64,000 bases of DNA from Macrostomum hystrix. Lineage: Eukaryota; Animalia; Platyhelminthes. The stretch's first letter is position 1. Every line of letters begins with the position of its first letter. The notes under the pieces are model-generated. The model was not told where the DNA came from. It saw only the letters and a program-made list of their open reading frames with translations, and searched no databases. Where the stretch lies: assembly GCA_950097015.1 (NCBI GenBank), contig CATNEN010000024.1, positions 2,790,001 to 2,854,000 of the forward strand. Reading direction: 5' to 3'. The position numbers were made by a program, and so were the translations under genes. This document shows positions 59,376 to 64,000 of the stretch, piece after piece.

Positions 59376-60309
59376 GCTGACTCTCAATATGATACTAGAG
59401 AACCAGACAGGTCACAGAAGTGTAGCACAGTCTCTGAACCCGAATTGCAAGACAATAACATGCACTTTCTGTGCAGCAGTTGCGTGGGTTCCTGGAAGAT
59501 TTAATTTGACCCTTCCTTGACGCTACGAATGCCGCGACTGCGCAGGGACACAAAGAAAAATTCCGATTTGTCAGAATGCAGCCTCAGTCTTATTGTTTAG
59601 CTAAAGTAGTTTTTGCGCACACTGAACTTCGTGCAAACCCGCCATGCAGGCAGCCAATGTTCAAGTACTTTCGTTTCCTAACAAGCAGTAAAATCGACAA
59701 AACCCATTTCGGTGATACCTGAGCCAGCTGCGTCGCCGCCTGGCCATTGCTAATGACCGAATTTGCATGCCCAGCTGGCGGGGCTAACATTATTATGGCC
59801 TCCAACTGTCTTTTGGACAGCGCGATCTGTGACATGATCAGGCCGAAAGCGCTGGCCATGCCATCAGCTTCAACCGTATTCAAAATTATAGAACTTTTTT
59901 ATTTCAGTGACATTGTCTCTGCAGATGCACTGTACCTTGGCTTCCTAGGAACGACATTAAACTGCGCCAGTCTGAAAAGACTATGATTTCGTGAAGTTTT
60001 AATTTAAAATGATGGGTGATAATTACCTTTTTGTTATTGGCATGCAGAGGTAAATGTCTGCTGCTAGTAGTAGCAAATCATCATGACTAGTGGCATTCAT
60101 ATTGGCAAGCTTTTCCAAAACCAAAATCAAGGACAAAAAATTTTTTTTGCTTAGCAAGTTACGAGTATGATGTCGTGAATCGGTGCTGTGGATTTTATCG
60201 AATGTGGCCGTTAAGAACAATGGTGGCAATAGGCCACAATGAGCAATAAGCGAACAGAAATATATTATATCGAGTGGCCTCCATATCTTAAGGGTGGTTG
60301 GGGAGCATA

Positions 60310-62315
60310 CAGCTCAGGACTCATCTTCTCTATCCATGTCTCCTCTCCTCTCCATCTCTCTCTAATCATCTCTCCCATGTCCAATCTCTCACATGTCTTA
60401 TCGCTCTCGTATCTTATCTTCCAGAATATAATTTCTTCCATGTCTTATCTAACATGTCTCATCTATCCCGTGTCTCATCTCTCCCATGTCTCATCTCTCC
60501 CGTGTCTCATCTCTCCCATGTTTAATCTCTCCTATGTCTCATTGCTCCCATATCTCATCTCTCCAGTGTCTCATCTCTCCAGTGTCTCATCTCTCCAGTG
60601 TCTCATCTCTCCCATGTCTCATCTCTCCCATGTCTCATCTCTCCAGTGTCTCATCTCTAGTGTCTCATCTCTCCAGTGTCTCATCTCTCCAGTGTCTCAT
60701 ATCTCCAGTGTCTCATCTTTCCAGTGTCTCATCTCTCCCATGTCTCATCTCTCCCATGTCTCATCTCTCCCATGTCTTATCTCTCCCATGTCTCATTGCT
60801 CCCATGTCTCATCTCTCCAGTGTCTCATCTCTCCCGTGTCTCATCTATCCCATGTCTCATCTCTCCCATGTCTCATCTCTCCCATGTCTTATCTCTCCCA
60901 TGTCTCATCTCTCCAGTGTCTCATCTCTCCAGTGTCTCATCTCTCCAGTGTCTCATCTCTCCAGTGTCTCATCTCTCCCGTGTCTCATATCTCCAGTGTC
61001 TCATCTTTCCAGTGTCTCATCTCTCCCGTGTCTCATCTCTCCCGTGTCTCATCTCTCCCATGTCTTATCTCTCCCATGTCTCATCTCTCCAGTGTCTCAT
61101 CTCTCCAGTGTCTCATCTCTCCAGTGTCTCATCTCTCCCGTGTCTCATGTCTCCCATGTCTCATCTCTCCCATGTCTTATCTCTCCCATGTCTCATTGCT
61201 CCCATGTCTCATCTCTCCAGTGTCTCATCTCTCCCGTGTCTCATCTATCCCATGTCTCATCTCTCCCATGTCTCATCTCTCCCATGTCTTATCTCTCCCA
61301 TGTCTCATCTCTCCAGTGTCTCATCTCTCCAGTGTCTCATCTCTCCAGTGTCTCATCTCTCCAGTGTCTCATCTCTCCCGTGTCTCATATCTCCAGTGTC
61401 TCATCTTTCCAGTGTCTCATCTCTCCCGTGTCTCATCTCTCCCGTGTCTCATCTCTCCCATGTCTTATCTCTCCCATGTCTCATCTCTCCAGTGTCTCAT
61501 CTCTCCAGTGTCTCATCTCTCCAGTGTCTCATCTCTCCAGTGTCTCATCTCTCCCGTGTCTCATATCTCCAGTGTCTCATCTTTCCAGTGTCTCATCTCT
61601 CCCGTGTCTCATCTCTCCCGTGTCTCATCTCTCCCATGTCTCATCTCTCCCATGTCTCATCTCTCCAGTGTCTCATCTCTCCAGTGTCTCATCTCTCCAG
61701 TGTCTCATCTCTCCAGTGTCTCATCTCTCCCGTGTCTCATCTCTCCCATGTCTCATCTCTCCCATGTCTCATCTCTCCCATGTCTCATCTCTCCCGTGTC
61801 TCATATCTCCAGTGTCTCATCTTTCCAGTGTCTCATCTCTCCCGTGTCTCATCTCTCCCGTGTCTCATCTCTCCCATGTCTCATCTCTCCCATGTCTCAT
61901 CTCTCCAGTGTCTCATCTCTCCAGTGTCTCATCTCTCCAGTGTCTCATCTCTCCAGTGTCTCATCTCTCCCGTGTCTCATATCTCCAGTGTCTCATCTTT
62001 CCAGTGTCTCATCTCTCCCGTGTCTCATCTCTCCCGTGTCTCATCTCTCCCATGTCTCATCTCTCCAGTGTCTCATCTCTCCAGTGTCTCATCTCTCCAG
62101 TGTCTCATCTCTCCAGTGTCTCATCTCTCCCGTGTCTCATATCTCCAGTGTCTCATCTTTCCAGTGTCTCATCTCTCCCGTGTCTTATCTCTCCCGTGTC
62201 TCATCTCTCCCATGTCTTATCTCTCCAGTGTCTCATCTCTCCCCTGTCTCATCTCTCCCGTGTCTCATCTCTCCAGTGTCTCATCTCTCCAGTGTCTCAT
62301 GTCTCCCTTGTCTCA
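60310..62315. repeat. Minisatellite, 16 bp unit (GTGTCTCATCTCTCCA), about 125 units
   Basis: A stop-free unit on the plus strand yields the 594-693 aa pseudo-ORFs in all three frames. Confidence 0.96.
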
Positions 62316-63214
62316 ACTGATAAAGTTAAGTGCTGGACGCAATAAATTAAATTTTGGCAACGCAATATTACTATTTTTCCGCAGAAAAAAAATTAAACAA
62401 TTTCATTTAATTTGGTCGATCTTACTTTCCAATATTGTCAGTTTTTCTTGTTTGCACTGAAACAGTTGTAAAACGAGCTATTTGGTCAGGTATGTATCAA
62501 TACGTTAACCCTGTAAACACTTGATGCTATTCTTAGCACTGAGGATTTCCATAACAGAAATCCAAAATCTTGCTTTGCACACTGTTTCAAAGTTACATGT
62601 AGCAGAGTGAATGCCGGCTGCTTTTGTTGCCGCTTGTCCGCTGAAGGTGAGTCTTTGTCTACGAAAATTAGTGGCTGCTGTTTTGAGGCCCCCTGCTCAA
62701 AGTGAGATGGGCCAGTGCTGTGCACACTAAACCGCCCCTTGTAGTTCAAAAGGCATGCAAGCGCTGTTTCTCAGAGGGCCTATAATTATGAGGCTAGTGG
62801 GCTATGCAGCTCGTTGACATCGGGCCTCCGAGTATCTGCTCCGTATTTAAATCCAGGTTGCCCTATTCAACTGAAGTCAGACACGCAGCGCAGAAAGTAT
62901 ACCTTTATAGCCGAGCTTGATTGAAGAGGGCGCCATTTTTCATTCTTAAAATGGAAAGTGGAACGCTGATAGTCAGTAGCGCCGGTTAGCAGTCACTGTG
63001 AACTCAGTAATGCTCCCGTATCATTTGCTGATGCCATGTCATACACTGCAGAAGCAGGGTATTATATAATTTACTTTTACACTGTACAGCTGTACATTTG
63101 GCGTGGCAGTTCTAAAGACTGAGAACAGCTAGCTGCTTAGTCCATGGACAGGGGAGGCAACACCATCCACAGTTTCAGCCTCAAACTAAAATAATGATAT
63201 TCGCTGGAGGGGTA

Positions 63215-63530
63215 TGTGCACATCATTTGGTGACCGTTGACCCGCGGCGAGCGAGAGGCAGTTCCGACTCATGAGCACACACGCACACAGATACTGTACG
63301 CAGGCACACGCTCACAAAGGCGTGTACTCGTTAATCTGCCCTGAATTTCTCATTGTCAGGCAGTGTACTGCCTTGGAGGTTGGCCCTTAAGGGCGTAAAT
63401 TTCATGACAGGCCCCGAAGCCTTCTCTCCGCGGCTGCGCCCCAATTGAATGTGGTCTCGCCGCGAAATCTAGATTAACAGGGACACCTCAGTGCGAGAGG
63501 CAAACGCCTCTGCCGCATACGCTCGTATCA
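63215..63530 (-). mobile_element. SINE family A, diverged copy
   Basis: catcatttggtgac...gagcacacacgcacacagatactgtacgcaggcacacg...gccttggaggttggccct...ttctctccgcggctgcgcccc...gtgcgagaggcaaacgc aligns with the other copies. Confidence 0.8.
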
Positions 63531-63544
63531 CTCCCGGCCTCCGC

Positions 63545-63690
63545 AAATAGTGGTACCAAATTTACAGCTGGTTGAACCGAAGCACTTTTAACAATTTAGT
63601 ATCTCGTCCAAGGACACAAATAAACGTCCATTCGGCTGAGAATCGAACTCCCGACCTCTGATCGGAGAAAGACTCTCGTTTATCCTTGTC
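63545..63690 (-). mobile_element. Diverged CORE-like SINE fragment (family B-related)
   Basis: Minus strand ...ATCAGAGGTCGGGAGTTCGATTCTCAGCCGA (B box) ...GTGTCCTTGGACGAGATACTAAAT...CAACCAGCTGTAAATTTGGTACC (CORE-like). Confidence 0.65.
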
Positions 63691-64000
63691 GCCCTCCTGT
63701 AGGCTTTAACGATTGCAATAAAATTTTTATTGGAAAACACTGAGCCACAAGTGTGGAACGTGTGAGTTGCTGCACTGCCAGATTCGCAGTTGCATATCAA
63801 CCCGCCAGTATGCTTAAGCAGTGTATGAGCTGCAATATTATGAGCAATTTGAAGTCTGCAGATAAATAAATACTCCTATACGAGTATATGCCTTCACTCG
63901 GCGCTAATGTCCTCCGTTGAAGGTGCGGAGGGTCTGCAGGCCATTGGGGCACACACGCCATTGGCTGGGCGAACGATGGGGCGCAAGAAATTTCCCTATT

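Noticed and set aside
59590-60229. Two minus-strand ORFs ending near donor-like sites (possible exons of an unknown gene)
   Set aside because: No phase-consistent acceptor links them without a stop codon, and there is no recognisable domain.
60239-62460. 594-693 aa ORFs in three frames
   Set aside because: They are translations of a stop-free 16-bp minisatellite, open in all plus frames, with no unique domain. The same applies to the repetitive ORFs at 10.9-11.4, 14.5-15.0, 17.5-18.7, 20.4-20.9, 28.2-29.1, 35.0-35.5 and 36.3-37.2 kb.

Overview
Eukaryotic (metazoan) genomic DNA. The compact GC-rich exons, AT-rich introns and very dense minisatellites would fit a free-living flatworm such as Macrostomum; this is an inference, not a database match. 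I reconstructed seven protein-coding genes by hand with phase-consistent GT-AG junctions: FAF1 (minus, 3' end off the left edge), ZNHIT6/BCD1 (plus), an orphan single-pass membrane protein (plus), a GCK-I MAP4K kinase with CNH domain (minus, 8 exons), a prohormone-4-like LDLa secreted protein (minus, 5 exons), Rab1 (minus, 4 exons) and a divergent eIF2B-delta (plus, single ORF). About 19 minisatellite arrays cover roughly 18-19 kb (about 29%) and explain nearly all the long repetitive ORFs in the ORF track. Mobile DNA includes two non-autonomous Merlin (IS1595-like) elements, a hAT-type MITE with a perfect 8-bp TSD, a 5'-truncated LINE whose 3' end became a 56-bp minisatellite, and two tRNA-derived SINE families, one with a CORE-like domain. 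The most notable leads are: an array of about 70 AP-1 sites 4-7 kb upstream of the JNK-pathway kinase; an HDV-ribozyme-like P3/L3/P1 motif inside one SINE family (incomplete fold); both Merlin elements sitting between head-to-head gene pairs; and an apparently displaced C-terminal motif of eIF2B-delta. No CRISPR array, rRNA or bona fide tRNA gene is supported.
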